From NCBI GenBank assembly GCA_963700415.1, contig CAVOXS010000003.1, positions 45,256 to 109,255 of the forward strand: a stretch of 64,000 nt of DNA, in the 5' to 3' direction. The position numbers and the translations under genes were made by a program. The notes below the pieces were generated by a model, which was not told the origin of the DNA, made no database searches, and saw only the letters and a program-made list of their open reading frames with translations. This DNA comes from an uncultured beta proteobacterium (lineage in GTDB: Bacteria > Pseudomonadota > Gammaproteobacteria > Burkholderiales > Casimicrobiaceae). The first letter of the stretch is position 1; the number at the start of each line of letters is the position of its first letter. Of the stretch, positions 1 to 10,195 are shown piece after piece.

Positions 1-824
1 ATCGGGATGCCCAGCATCTGGTTGAAATCGCAATCGTGGAGGTAGCCGAGATAATCGACCGAGACCAGCGAGCGGCACATGACGCCGTCGAGGTTGTCCG
101 GGTTGTGCGCGCCGCGCAGCAGACGCATGTAATTGGCGAACTTGCCCTGCGAGACCAGCGTCGAGCCGAAACGCGCGATCGGCATGTTGGCGAGCGTGTA
201 GAGGTGGTTGAACACGATCCCAAAATGCTCGGCGAGCTCGCGCTTGTAGTCGGCTTCGAGCCGATCCTGCGCCGGCGGCAGGCTCGGCCCCAGCGGGTTG
301 TAGACGAGGTTCAGCACCAGACCGGTGTCGGGACGCCCGTAGCCGAGCGCGTTGAGCTTCTGCAGCGCAAGAATCGACGACTCGAACACGTGGTCGCCGC
401 GCTGCCTGTCGACGTTGTCCTTGGTGTAGCACGGCAGCGAAGCGACGATCTCGACGCCCTCGCTCGCCAGGAAGTCGGCGAGGTCCTCGAAGCCCGGCTC
501 GTTGACGATCGTCAGGTTGCAGCGGTCGATCACGCGCACGCCCGCGGCCCGCGCGCTGCGGACGAGATGCCGGAAATGCGGGTTCAGCTCCGGCGCGCCG
601 CCGGTGACGTCGAGGGCGCCGATGCCACGCGCCGCCAGCACGGCGAGAATCTGGTCGATCGTCTCCTTCGCCATCATCTCCTTGCGGTCAGGACTCGCGT
701 TGACGTGGCAATGGAGGCAGGCCTGGTTGCACCTGTAGCCGAGGTTGACCTGCAGCGTGTCGAGCGTTCGGCGCGTCACCGGCGGAAAGTCGGTTTCCTT
801 GAGCAGGGGGAGGGTCGCGTGCAT
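1..824 (-). CDS. arsS: radical SAM/Cys-rich protein of the ArsS (arsenosugar-biosynthesis rSAM) family; C-terminus lies beyond the left window edge
   Basis: The minus-strand frame is open from ATG 824-822 to position 1. It is absent from the ORF track because it has no stop in the window. Hand translation: MHATLPLLKETDFPPVTRRTLDTLQVNLGYRCNQACLHCHVNASPDRKEMM...VASLPCYTKDNVDRQRG...VDYLGYLHDCDFNQMLGIP. It has the CxxxCxxC radical-SAM motif and a family-typical pattern. Confidence 0.75.
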   Translation of the reverse strand, partial: MHATLPLLKETDFPPVTRRTLDTLQVNLGYRCNQACLHCHVNASPDRKEMMAKETIDQILAVLAARGIGALDVTGGAPELNPHFRHLVRSARAAGVRVIDRCNLTIVNEPGFEDLADFLASEGVEIVASLPCYTKDNVDRQRGDHVFESSILALQKLNALGYGRPDTGLVLNLVYNPLGPSLPPAQDRLEADYKRELAEHFGIVFNHLYTLANMPIARFGSTLVSQGKFANYMRLLRGAHNPDNLDGVMCRSLVSVDYLGYLHDCDFNQMLGIP

Positions 825-838
825 GGCTTGACGGTATC

Positions 839-1675
839 CTAGGTCGTAATGGTGGTCGGCAGGGGGAAGCGCGCAGCGACGCCGCGCTCGGCCGGTGGCA
901 GGATGGCCGCGCAGGTGGTCCAGACGCCCTGTTCCAGCGACTGGGCGAACGCCTCCGGCAGGCCCTCGGAGCGCATGGCCGTGGCAACCGGCGCAGCGTC
1001 GTAGTCGAGGCGAACGAGCGCAGGGCGCGGCACGTTTCCTTCGATCGGGAAATCGAGCCGCGCATAGGTCACGCTGCGCGCGCCGTCGTGGGGCGGCCGG
1101 CCCAGCACGCCCACGTTGCACCAGAAGCCGCGTGCGGTCGCGCGAATCCAGGGCAGGCCTGAATGCGTCGCACAGATGCCCTGGACGCCGTGGCCCGCCA
1201 GCCATGCGTCGATGGTGGCATCGTCGGTTTCGCTTTCCCAGACGAATTCGTTCACGCGGTCTGGGCTGCCGTGGCACAACAGCACTTTCGCCCCGCGCCA
1301 GCGAAGCTCGACGAGATCCGGAAGCTCCCGCAGCCACGCCTTGTGGTACGCGCTGGTGCGCGCCGCCGTGTAGTCGTACGCGATCTGCGCGTACTCGCGG
1401 TCGCGAGGGTCGAGGTAGCCGCAGCCGCAATCGCGCTCGTCGAAGCCAACGGCGTGATCGTAGTTGCCCTTGAGGCAGACGAGGTTCGAGGCGCGGACGA
1501 GATCGAGCGTGCGGTCGGGGTGCGGGCCGAGGCCGCCGAAATCGCCGAGGCAGAACCGGTCGGGGATGTTGGCGGTCGCGGCGAGAAACGCCTCCACCGC
1601 GGCGAAATTGCTGTAAGGGCCGCCGCAGAGCGCGACGGTGCCGGCGGTGTCGGCAATTTCGACGGGGCGGATCAT
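839..1675 (-). CDS. metallophosphoesterase (calcineurin-like phosphoesterase family)
   Basis: 278-aa ORF with GDFGGLGPHPD, GNYDH, LLCHGSPD and ATHSG motifs. Its stop is 14 nt upstream of the arsS ATG. Its ATG overlaps the upstream gene stop (ATGA at 1672-1675). Confidence 0.85.
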   Translation of the reverse strand: MIRPVEIADTAGTVALCGGPYSNFAAVEAFLAATANIPDRFCLGDFGGLGPHPDRTLDLVRASNLVCLKGNYDHAVGFDERDCGCGYLDPRDREYAQIAYDYTAARTSAYHKAWLRELPDLVELRWRGAKVLLCHGSPDRVNEFVWESETDDATIDAWLAGHGVQGICATHSGLPWIRATARGFWCNVGVLGRPPHDGARSVTYARLDFPIEGNVPRPALVRLDYDAAPVATAMRSEGLPEAFAQSLEQGVWTTCAAILPPAERGVAARFPLPTTITT

Positions 1676-2397
1676 GCCTTGGCCGCCCGCGCCGCGCGGA
1701 ATTTCTTGACGAATACGGGCACCAGCGCGAAGAGCCCAAGGAGCACGAAGGCGCCGATGGTTTCGGTCGAGACGAGCCCCGACAGCGAGTCGATGCGGCC
1801 GAGCGTCTGGCCGAGATTCACGTAGACGAAGGTCCCGGGAATGATGCCGATGAAGGTTCCCGCCACGTACGTGCGCAGGCTGATTCCCGTGAATGCCGGG
1901 GCGAGATTCACCAGGAAGAACGGAAACAGCGGCACGAGGCGCAGGAAGAGCAGGTAATGCAACGCATTCGCGGCGAATCCGGCGCTGATCTTCTCGCCGA
2001 GCGGACCCAGCCGCCTTCGCGCGGCGTCGGCGAACAGGTAGCGAGCCGCCAGGAACACCAGCGTCGCGCCGAGCGTCGCGGCGAGCACGGCGACCGCGGT
2101 ACCCACCCAGCGACCGAAGAGGAACCCCATGGTCAGCGACAGCACGAGTCCCCCCGGCAGGCTGAACGCGACGGCGCCTGCGTAGGCCAGGAACGCGATC
2201 GCCAGCGCCAGAACGAAATGCTCTTCCGCGAAAGCGAGCAGCGCAGCGCGATTCGACTTGACGGCATCGAGGCTGAGGTACTGCTGGCCGTCCAGCGCGA
2301 AGAAGGCGACGAAGACGACCGCAACGACGGCGAGCAGCACGATCCTTGCCGCAGAGCCGCGCGACGTTGCCTGCCCCGGATCCGGTGACGGGTTCAA
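1672..2397 (-). CDS. TVP38/TMEM64 (DedA-related, VTT domain) family membrane protein
   Basis: 241-aa ORF with multiple hydrophobic helices and family-like segments (FLFGRWVGT, LRLVPLFPFFLVNL, GIIPGTFVYV). The start is TTG at 2397 and is uncertain. Confidence 0.8.
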   Translation of the reverse strand: MNPSPDPGQATSRGSAARIVLLAVVAVVFVAFFALDGQQYLSLDAVKSNRAALLAFAEEHFVLALAIAFLAYAGAVAFSLPGGLVLSLTMGFLFGRWVGTAVAVLAATLGATLVFLAARYLFADAARRRLGPLGEKISAGFAANALHYLLFLRLVPLFPFFLVNLAPAFTGISLRTYVAGTFIGIIPGTFVYVNLGQTLGRIDSLSGLVSTETIGAFVLLGLFALVPVFVKKFRAARAAKA

Positions 2398-2434
2398 CGG
2401 TGTGCCCCCGCGCCTGCGTCCGGCGCCGCGTCGC

Positions 2435-3868
2435 TCATGGACGCGCCCCCATGAGGCCGAAGATCCGCTGGATCCAGATTTTCGCTGTCGGGGTGAGACC
2501 TTCTTTCAGCCGCTGATCGGCGACGCGGCGGTTGATCTGCGCCAGCGTCGGGTAGGTGTGGACAACGCCGGTCAGTTCCTTCGCGTTCATCCCCTTGGCC
2601 ACGGCCAACACGTATTCCGCGATCAGCTCGCCGGCGTGCGGACCGACGATCGCCGCGCCCAGCAGCTTGCCCTTCGGCGTCGTGACGATCTTCGCGAACC
2701 CTTCGGTCTCGCCCTCGGCCCGCGCGCGGTCGATTTCCTCGAACGCGAACCGATAGATGCGGTGCGCGATGCCGTGCTGCTTCGCTTCGGTCTCCGAGAG
2801 CCCGACCCGCGCGAGTTCGGGATCGGTGAACGTGCACCACGGCACCACCGGCGACGGCTTGACCCAGCCCATCCGGAACAGCGCCTGGCGCAGCACGACG
2901 CCTGCATGGTGCTCGGCGAGATGGGTGAACTGGTGGCCGCCGGCGGCGTCGCCGATCACGCGGATCCTGGAATTGGTCGTCACCAGCCCTTCGGCGACGA
3001 TCCGTCCGCTGTCCAGCGCGACGCCGGCGGCGTCGAGGCCGAGTCCGTCGACGTTCGCGACGCGCCCGGCGGCGAGCAACAGGTGCGATCCGACGATTTC
3101 CGCCGGCGTGCCATCCGCGAGGCGCACGCTCGCGCGGACGTCGCCCTTGCGCCCGCTGAACCCCTGCACCGACGCGCCGAGGTGATACCGGATGCCCTCG
3201 GTTTCGAGCGCCTTGAACACGACGGCGGCGAGGTCGGGATCCTCGCGCGGCAGGATCTGCGGCGCGAGATCGATGACCGTGACCTCGCTTCCCAGCCGGC
3301 GGAAGGCCTGCGCCATTTCGCAGCCGATCGGCCCGGCGCCGAGGACGATGAGCGACGGCACCGGCTCGCGCAGGTCGAACACCGTTTCGTTGGTGAGGAA
3401 AGGGGTCGTTTCCAGGCCAGGGAGCCTGGGGACTGCCGGCCGCGAGCCGGTGGCGATGACGAAGGATTTGGCGGTGAGCTTCCGACCGCCGACCTCGAAC
3501 GCATCCGGACCCACGAATCGGCCGTCGCCGAAGATCACCTCGACGCCGAGTCCGCGGAAGCGCTCCGGGCTGTCGTGGGGCTCGATGCCCTTGATCACGC
3601 CGGCGACGCGCTCCATGACCCGCGCGAGATCCGGATGCGGCTCGGCCGGCGTCAGCGCCCAGCGCTCCGCCTGGCGCATCGAATGCGCGACGTGCGCCGA
3701 CTTGAGCAGCGTCTTCGACGGCACGCAGCCGTACCAGAGGCAGTCGCCGCCGAGCTTGTGCTTTTCGACGACGGCGACCTTGGCTCCGAGCGCGGCGCCG
3801 CCGGCGGCAACCACCAGCCCGCCCGCGCCGCCGCCGATCACCACGATGTCGAATTCGGGTTTGGCCAT
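2435..3868 (-). CDS. FAD-dependent pyridine nucleotide-disulfide oxidoreductase (dihydrolipoyl dehydrogenase / mercuric reductase-like)
   Basis: 477-aa ORF. It has the N-terminal FAD fold DIVVIGGGAGG, the redox disulfide GGDCLWYGCVPSK, a second GxGxxG (VLGAGPIGCE) and a C-terminal dimerisation region (HTYPTL). Confidence 0.9.
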   Translation of the reverse strand: MAKPEFDIVVIGGGAGGLVVAAGGAALGAKVAVVEKHKLGGDCLWYGCVPSKTLLKSAHVAHSMRQAERWALTPAEPHPDLARVMERVAGVIKGIEPHDSPERFRGLGVEVIFGDGRFVGPDAFEVGGRKLTAKSFVIATGSRPAVPRLPGLETTPFLTNETVFDLREPVPSLIVLGAGPIGCEMAQAFRRLGSEVTVIDLAPQILPREDPDLAAVVFKALETEGIRYHLGASVQGFSGRKGDVRASVRLADGTPAEIVGSHLLLAAGRVANVDGLGLDAAGVALDSGRIVAEGLVTTNSRIRVIGDAAGGHQFTHLAEHHAGVVLRQALFRMGWVKPSPVVPWCTFTDPELARVGLSETEAKQHGIAHRIYRFAFEEIDRARAEGETEGFAKIVTTPKGKLLGAAIVGPHAGELIAEYVLAVAKGMNAKELTGVVHTYPTLAQINRRVADQRLKEGLTPTAKIWIQRIFGLMGARP

Positions 3869-3953
3869 TCCGTGTCGTCGTCCCAGACAGGCGAATCTTA
3901 CACAGGGTCGGGACCGGGACGCGGAACGAACACCGCGGCGCGAGCGGAACCTG

Positions 3954-4838
3954 CTACGCGGTCAGTGCGCTGCCGACGTGGCGCGCGACCTGCTCGTGCG
4001 TCGCGAACCAGACGTCGCCCCGCGCCTGCATGTGGGCGATCAGCTCTTCCAGGATGAACAGGCGGGAACGATAGCCGATGACGTGCGGGTGCATCGTCAG
4101 CAGGAACAGCCCTCCGCTGGCGGCCGCGCCGTCGAATTCGCGCCGGAATATCTCGAGCACGGCCGCCGGCGGCGTATAGGGTCGCAGCGCGGTGAAGCGG
4201 TTCATGTTGAAGTAGACTGCATCGTCGCGAATCCATTCCACGGGCAGCTCGATCACGCCGGTGGGCTCGCCGTTCTCCAGCAGCTCGTAGGGGTCGTCGT
4301 CGGCCATCAGCGACGAGTCGTAGAGCAACCCGAGCTCGCGCTGGATCGCGAGCGTCGCCGGGGAAAAATCCCACGACGGCGTGCGCATGCCGACGGGACG
4401 CACGCCCGTGATCTTCTCGAGCGCGTCGCTGGCGCGAAAATGCAGGTCGCGCTCGCTCGCGGCCGGCAGCATCGAATTCACCTCGTGGATCCAGCCGTGC
4501 AGGCCGATCTCGTGGCCCGCCGCCAGCACCGCGCACTGCTCCTGCGGGTGCAGCATCGCGGAGACCGCCGGGACGAAGAACGTCGCCGCGATCCCGCTGC
4601 GCTCGAGCAGCGCGAGTATCCGCGGCACGCCGACGCGACTGCCGTACTCGCCCCAGGACATCCGCCCGATCGACTGGCCACCGTCGCGCAGCTCGTTGGT
4701 CTCGTGGTCGCTGTCGAACGACAAGGCCACCGCGCAGCGCTTGCCGCCCGGCCAGGCATCGGGCTTGAGCGAGCGGCCGGCCCGAACCTGATCGACGCGC
4801 TTGCGCCATTCCGCTTCCGGCCATTGCCATGGTTCCAT
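3954..4838 (-). CDS. polysaccharide deacetylase (NodB homology) family protein
   Basis: The real start is ATG at 4838 (MEPWQWPEAEW), preceded by GGAGG. The longer ORF 3954..5222 is an upstream run-on. Motifs: ALSFDSDHE, HGWIHE, LLTMHPH. Confidence 0.85.
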   Translation of the reverse strand: MEPWQWPEAEWRKRVDQVRAGRSLKPDAWPGGKRCAVALSFDSDHETNELRDGGQSIGRMSWGEYGSRVGVPRILALLERSGIAATFFVPAVSAMLHPQEQCAVLAAGHEIGLHGWIHEVNSMLPAASERDLHFRASDALEKITGVRPVGMRTPSWDFSPATLAIQRELGLLYDSSLMADDDPYELLENGEPTGVIELPVEWIRDDAVYFNMNRFTALRPYTPPAAVLEIFRREFDGAAASGGLFLLTMHPHVIGYRSRLFILEELIAHMQARGDVWFATHEQVARHVGSALTA

Positions 4839-4860
4839 CCGGGTTACCTCCACGGTTGCG

Positions 4861-5879
4861 TCATCGGGTCGCGCCAGTGCCGGTGGCGCCGATCGGAAAA
4901 TGGCAGGCGATGGTTCGCCCGCCGCCGATTTCGTCGTAGCTCGGCGGGTCCCGGCGGCAGCGTTCCTGCGCATCGGGGCAGCGCTGATGAAAGTGACATC
5001 CCGGCGGCGGCGACAACGGAGAGGGAATCTCCCCCTGGATCGCCTTGAACTCAACCAGCGTATCGGAGTCCAGGACCAGCTTGGGGACGCTTTCGAGCAA
5101 CGCCCGCGTGTAAGGATGATACGGGCGCCGGTAGACCTCGTCGGCGGTGCCTGTCTCGACGATCCGGCCGAGGTACATGATGGCCACCCGGTCCGACAGA
5201 TGCCGGACGACGCCCAGATCATGGCTGATGAACAGCATCGTCAGACCGAGGTCGCGGCGCAGCTTGAGAAACAGGTTGATGATCTGCGCCTGGATCGAGA
5301 TGTCGAGCGAGGCAACCGGTTCGTCGCAGATCAGCACCTCGGGCTGCATCGCGAGCGCGCGGGCGACGGCGATGCGCTGGCGCTGCCCGCCCGAGAACTG
5401 GTGCGGGTAACGGGAGGCGAACTGCGGTTCCAGCCCGACGGCGTCGAGCCACCGGCCTACGTAGGCGTTCGCACCGCCGGAAGCGACGAGCCCATGGGCG
5501 ACCGGGCCTTCGGCGATGACCTCGCCGATCTTCATCCGCGGATCGAGCGACGCGAACGGATCCTGGAACACCATCTGCACTCGAGTGGTGCTCTTCACCG
5601 GCCGGCTGCCGGCGGACATGACCGGTTTGCCCTCGAGCATGGCCTGACCCGAGGTCGGAGGCAGGATGCCCGCCAGCATGCGGGCCAGCGTGGACTTGCC
5701 GCAGCCGGATTCGCCCACCAGCCCCAGCACCTGACCGCGCGCGATCGACAGCGACACGTCGTCGACCGCCCGCAGCGACCGGGTCTCGATCGGGCTCCCG
5801 AGCCTGGCGGCGATCTTCTCGCCGAGGCTGAGCCGCGGCCTGAAATGGCGCGACAACCCGATGGCCTGCAACAGCGCGC

Positions 5880-5883
<4 letters not shown>
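4861..5883 (-). CDS. peptide ABC transporter ATP-binding protein (DppF/OppF-like)
   Basis: Starts MSALLQAIGLSRHF. It has Walker A GESGCGKST, the signature FSGGQRQR, Walker B LICDEP, and the C-terminal oligopeptide-type extension (HPYTRALL, CHFHQRCP). ATGA overlap with the upstream ATPase gene. Confidence 0.9.
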
Positions 5884-6856
<973 letters not shown>

Positions 6857-6860
<4 letters not shown>

Positions 6861-7736
6861 CGCCGCAGCCGCGGGTTGATCTGGTCGCGGATCTGATCGC
6901 CCACCAGGTTGATCGCGACAATCAGCGCGATCAGGGCGATTCCCGGATAGATCGATATCCAGTACCGGCCGGAGAGCAGGTATTCGAAGCCGTTGGCGAT
7001 CAGCGAGCCCATCGACGGCTCGGTCGGCGGCAGGCCCAGGCCGAGGAACGACAGCGTGGCCTCCAGCGCGATCGAATTGGCGACCTGCACGGTCGCCACG
7101 ACGATCAGCGGCGGCAGGCAGTTGGGGAGAATGTGGCGGAAGATCACGCGCGCCGCCGACAGCGGCGTGGACAGCGCCGCCTCGACATAGTCCTTGCCGC
7201 GCTCGACGGTGGCCGCGCCGTGCGCGGTGCGCGCGAAATACGCGTATTGCGCCGCCACCAGCGCGGCGATCAGCTGGGGCATGCCCTTGCCCAGCACCGC
7301 CGAAATCATCAGCGCCAGCAGGATCGCGGGAAACGACAGCTGCAGGTCGATGATGCGCATGATGAGGGCCTCGGTCCGGCCGCCGACGAAGGCGGCGGTG
7401 GCACCCATGGTCACGCCAAGCGCGAAGGCCACCGCTCCGGCAAGCACGCCGACCTGGATGGAGATCCGGAGGCCGTAGACGATCGCCGACAGCAGGTCGC
7501 GACCCTGCGCGTCGGTGCCGAGGTGATAGACCATCCCGCCGGCGCCGACATATCCCGGCGGGCGCCGCGCGTCGCCCAGCACGAGATTGGCCAGGTCGTA
7601 CGGATTCTGCGGCACGAGCCACGGCGCGAACAGCGCGGCAAGCGGCGATCAGCAGCACGGTCGCCAGCGCGATCACCGCCACCCGGCTCTGCCGGAACTC
7701 GAACCAGAACAACGCCAGCGGGCTCGAGCGATCCAT
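6857..7736 (-). pseudogene. peptide ABC transporter permease (DppC-like), frame interrupted by one extra base near 7643 (possibly an assembly error)
   Basis: The N-terminal TM segment MDRSSPLALFWFEFRQSRVAVIALATVLLIAA is in the frame of ORF 5880..8231. The remainder (LAALFAPWLVPQNPYDL...DQINPRLRR) is in the frame of ORF 6857..7615. The span is 880 nt (3n+1). Confidence 0.8.
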
Positions 7737-8707
7737 CAGGCGCGACGCAGCCGGATCCGCGGGTCGAGCGCGGCGTTGGCGAGATCGACCAGCAGGTTGA
7801 TCATGATGAACAGGAACGCGACCAGCATCAGGTACGCGACCATCACCGGCCGGTCGAGCGCGTTGATCGAGTCGATGATCAGCTTGCCCACGCCGGGCCA
7901 GGAGAAGATCGTCTCGGTCACCACCGCGAACGCCAGCGTGGAGCCGAGCTCCAGGCCGAACACGGTGACCAGCGGGATCGAGATCAGGCGCAGCGCGTGG
8001 CGGCGCAGCACGGTCGCTTCCGACTGGCCGGTGGCGCGTGCGAATTTCACCGTGTCGGTCATCATCACTTCGCCGGTGCCCGCGCGCGCCAGGCGGATCA
8101 TCAACGCCATCTTGAACAGCGACAGGTTCACCGCCGGCAACAGCAGGTGGGCAATCCCGTTGCCGGTGACGAAACTCCACTGCACGCCGAACAGCGTTGC
8201 GGTCTGTCCCCGGCCGCCGGCCGGCAGCCACCCCAGCGACACGGCGAAGCAGTAGATCAGCACCAGGCCGACCCAGAAGGTCGGCACCGAGAACCCGAGC
8301 GTCGAGATCGCCATGATGGTCCGCGCGGCGACCGTGTCCGGTCGATAGCCGGCGTACATGCCCAGCGGAACGCCGATCAGCGTCGCGCCGAGGACGGCGG
8401 CCAGCGTCAGCTCCACCGTCGCCGGCAGCCGCTGGAAGATCAGCTCGAGGACCGGCATGTTGAACACGAACGAACGACCGAAGTCGCCGCTCACGAGGCG
8501 CCCGAGAAAGCGACCGTACTGCTGCCAGAGCGGAAGATCGAGCCCGTAGGCACGGATCGCCTGCTCGCGAATCTCCTGGGTCGCATCGGGCGAGAGCAAT
8601 ACGTCGATCGGGTTGCCGATCGCGTAGACGCCGACGAACACCAGCCCGGAAATCACCAGCATCACCAGCATCGCCTGGAGCAGGCGCTGAATCAGGAAGC
8701 CCAGCAT
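7736..8707 (-). CDS. peptide ABC transporter permease (DppB-like)
   Basis: 323-aa ORF. It begins MLGFLIQRLLQAMLVMLVIS and ends DPRIRLRRA, with six hydrophobic segments. TGATG junction with the next permease gene. Confidence 0.9.
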   Translation of the reverse strand: MLGFLIQRLLQAMLVMLVISGLVFVGVYAIGNPIDVLLSPDATQEIREQAIRAYGLDLPLWQQYGRFLGRLVSGDFGRSFVFNMPVLELIFQRLPATVELTLAAVLGATLIGVPLGMYAGYRPDTVAARTIMAISTLGFSVPTFWVGLVLIYCFAVSLGWLPAGGRGQTATLFGVQWSFVTGNGIAHLLLPAVNLSLFKMALMIRLARAGTGEVMMTDTVKFARATGQSEATVLRRHALRLISIPLVTVFGLELGSTLAFAVVTETIFSWPGVGKLIIDSINALDRPVMVAYLMLVAFLFIMINLLVDLANAALDPRIRLRRA

Positions 8708-8753
8708 TCTTCGGTTCGCGGAACGCGCGGCGGGGCAGGGGTCCCGACGGCCT

Positions 8754-9455
8754 TCAGGCCCAGTCGTCGGCGATCACCGACCGCGTCTCCTCGACGGCGA
8801 CCTGCCACAGGGCGAGCATGTCCTCGTCGCTGCGCTGATAGGCGCCGCCGAAATTGCCGTCGCCGAGCATTTCCTTCTTCGCCCCCGGATCGAGGCGCTG
8901 GTAGCGGGCAAGGTCGATCATCGCCTTGCGCTCGCCGGGCATGTCGACGCCCGCCGGCCGGGTCCACGGGAAGTTCTCCATCCACGATGCGTGCGACGCC
9001 AGCTCGTCGATCGCCTTGACCTTGGCCCAGGTCCGCGGCGCGTTCCACCAGTTGTGCCATTTCACCTGGACGCCGCGGTTCGCGTCCAGCCATTGCAGCA
9101 CCGCGCCGTGCGCCGGCGCGTTGCCGCCGTGGCCGTTGACGATGACGATTCTGCGGTAGCCGCTGCGCACGATGCCGTCGAGCACGTCGGTCACCAGCGC
9201 GCACAGGGTCGACAGGCGCAGCGTGACGGTGCCCGGAAAATCGACGAAGCTCGGCGTCAGGCCGTAGTTGAGCACGGGAAACACCGGCACGTTCAGCGGC
9301 TGCGCGGCATCGACGGCGACCCGCTCCGACAGGATCGCGTCGACGCACAGCGACAGGTAGGCGTGCTGCTCGGTGGAGCCGATCGGCAGCACGGCGGTGC
9401 CGTGGTGCAGCGCGTGGTCGCGCACCTGCATCCAGTTCATTTCGCTGATCCGCAT
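8754..9455 (-). CDS. creatininase (creatinine amidohydrolase) family protein
   Basis: 233-aa ORF with PIGSTEQH, IVNGHGGN and HASWMEN-type metal-site motifs. It is the first gene of the minus-strand transporter operon. Confidence 0.85.
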   Translation of the reverse strand: MRISEMNWMQVRDHALHHGTAVLPIGSTEQHAYLSLCVDAILSERVAVDAAQPLNVPVFPVLNYGLTPSFVDFPGTVTLRLSTLCALVTDVLDGIVRSGYRRIVIVNGHGGNAPAHGAVLQWLDANRGVQVKWHNWWNAPRTWAKVKAIDELASHASWMENFPWTRPAGVDMPGERKAMIDLARYQRLDPGAKKEMLGDGNFGGAYQRSDEDMLALWQVAVEETRSVIADDWA

Positions 9456-9690
9456 CGCCCCCCGCGCGCTGCACGGGAACCGCCCGCCTGCCGCCGGATC
9501 AGTTCCCTATAGTTCCGAACGGAACAATTGCTGGTGCATCGCGCCGATGTTGACATTGCGATCGCACCGCGTCAACATCCATTTGGAACCAATTCACCCG
9601 CCTCCTCGCCCTCGCCAGCGCATGCTGCAACGGAAGACCTCGCCGGACAGCGAAACGCGCGCGCCGCCTGCCGCCGCGCAAGGTCCGGCC

Positions 9691-10192
9691 ATGCCCGCGG
9701 TGCCGGAAGGCATGAATCCGATGATCGGGGTCAAGCTCTGGCACAATCCCTGCCGCCTGTCGTTTCGGGTGAATTTCATCGCCCACCATTTCAACCAGCC
9801 GATCTACGACTGGATCGCGCGCAACCACCAGCTCACCGAACCCGAGCACGTGGTGCTGTACGCGATCGGACTGCGCGAGGGGATCACCGCCGAGGACGTG
9901 GCGGCGTCGTCTTCGCGTCCGCGCAATACCCTGAGCCGGGCGGTCAATCGTCTGCTGGGCCGCAAGCTGATCCATCGCAAGCAGGACGCCGGCGATCGCC
10001 GCCGGCGCCAGCTGTACCTGACCGGATCCGGTCGCGCGGATTCTCGACGAAACCGTGCCGCTGCTGGTGGCGCGGGAGGAAGCGCTGACCGGGTCCCTGA
10101 GCGCGGAAGAACGCGAAACGCTCAACTACCTGATGACGAAAGTCATCCTCAACCAGGCCGCATGGCCGACGCGAATCGACAGGAGGGACTGA
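9691..10192 (+). pseudogene. MarR family transcriptional regulator, frame interrupted by one extra base near 10036-10039
   Basis: MPAVPEGMNPMIGVKLWHN...TLSRAVNRLLGRKLIHRKQDAGDRRRRQLYLTGSGRA reads in one frame. ILDETVPLLVAREEALTGSLSAEERETLNYLMTKVILNQ...RRD* reads in the +1 frame. The span is 502 nt (3n+1). The choice of start codon (9691, 9712 or 9721) is uncertain. Confidence 0.75.
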
Positions 10193-10195
10193 CCC

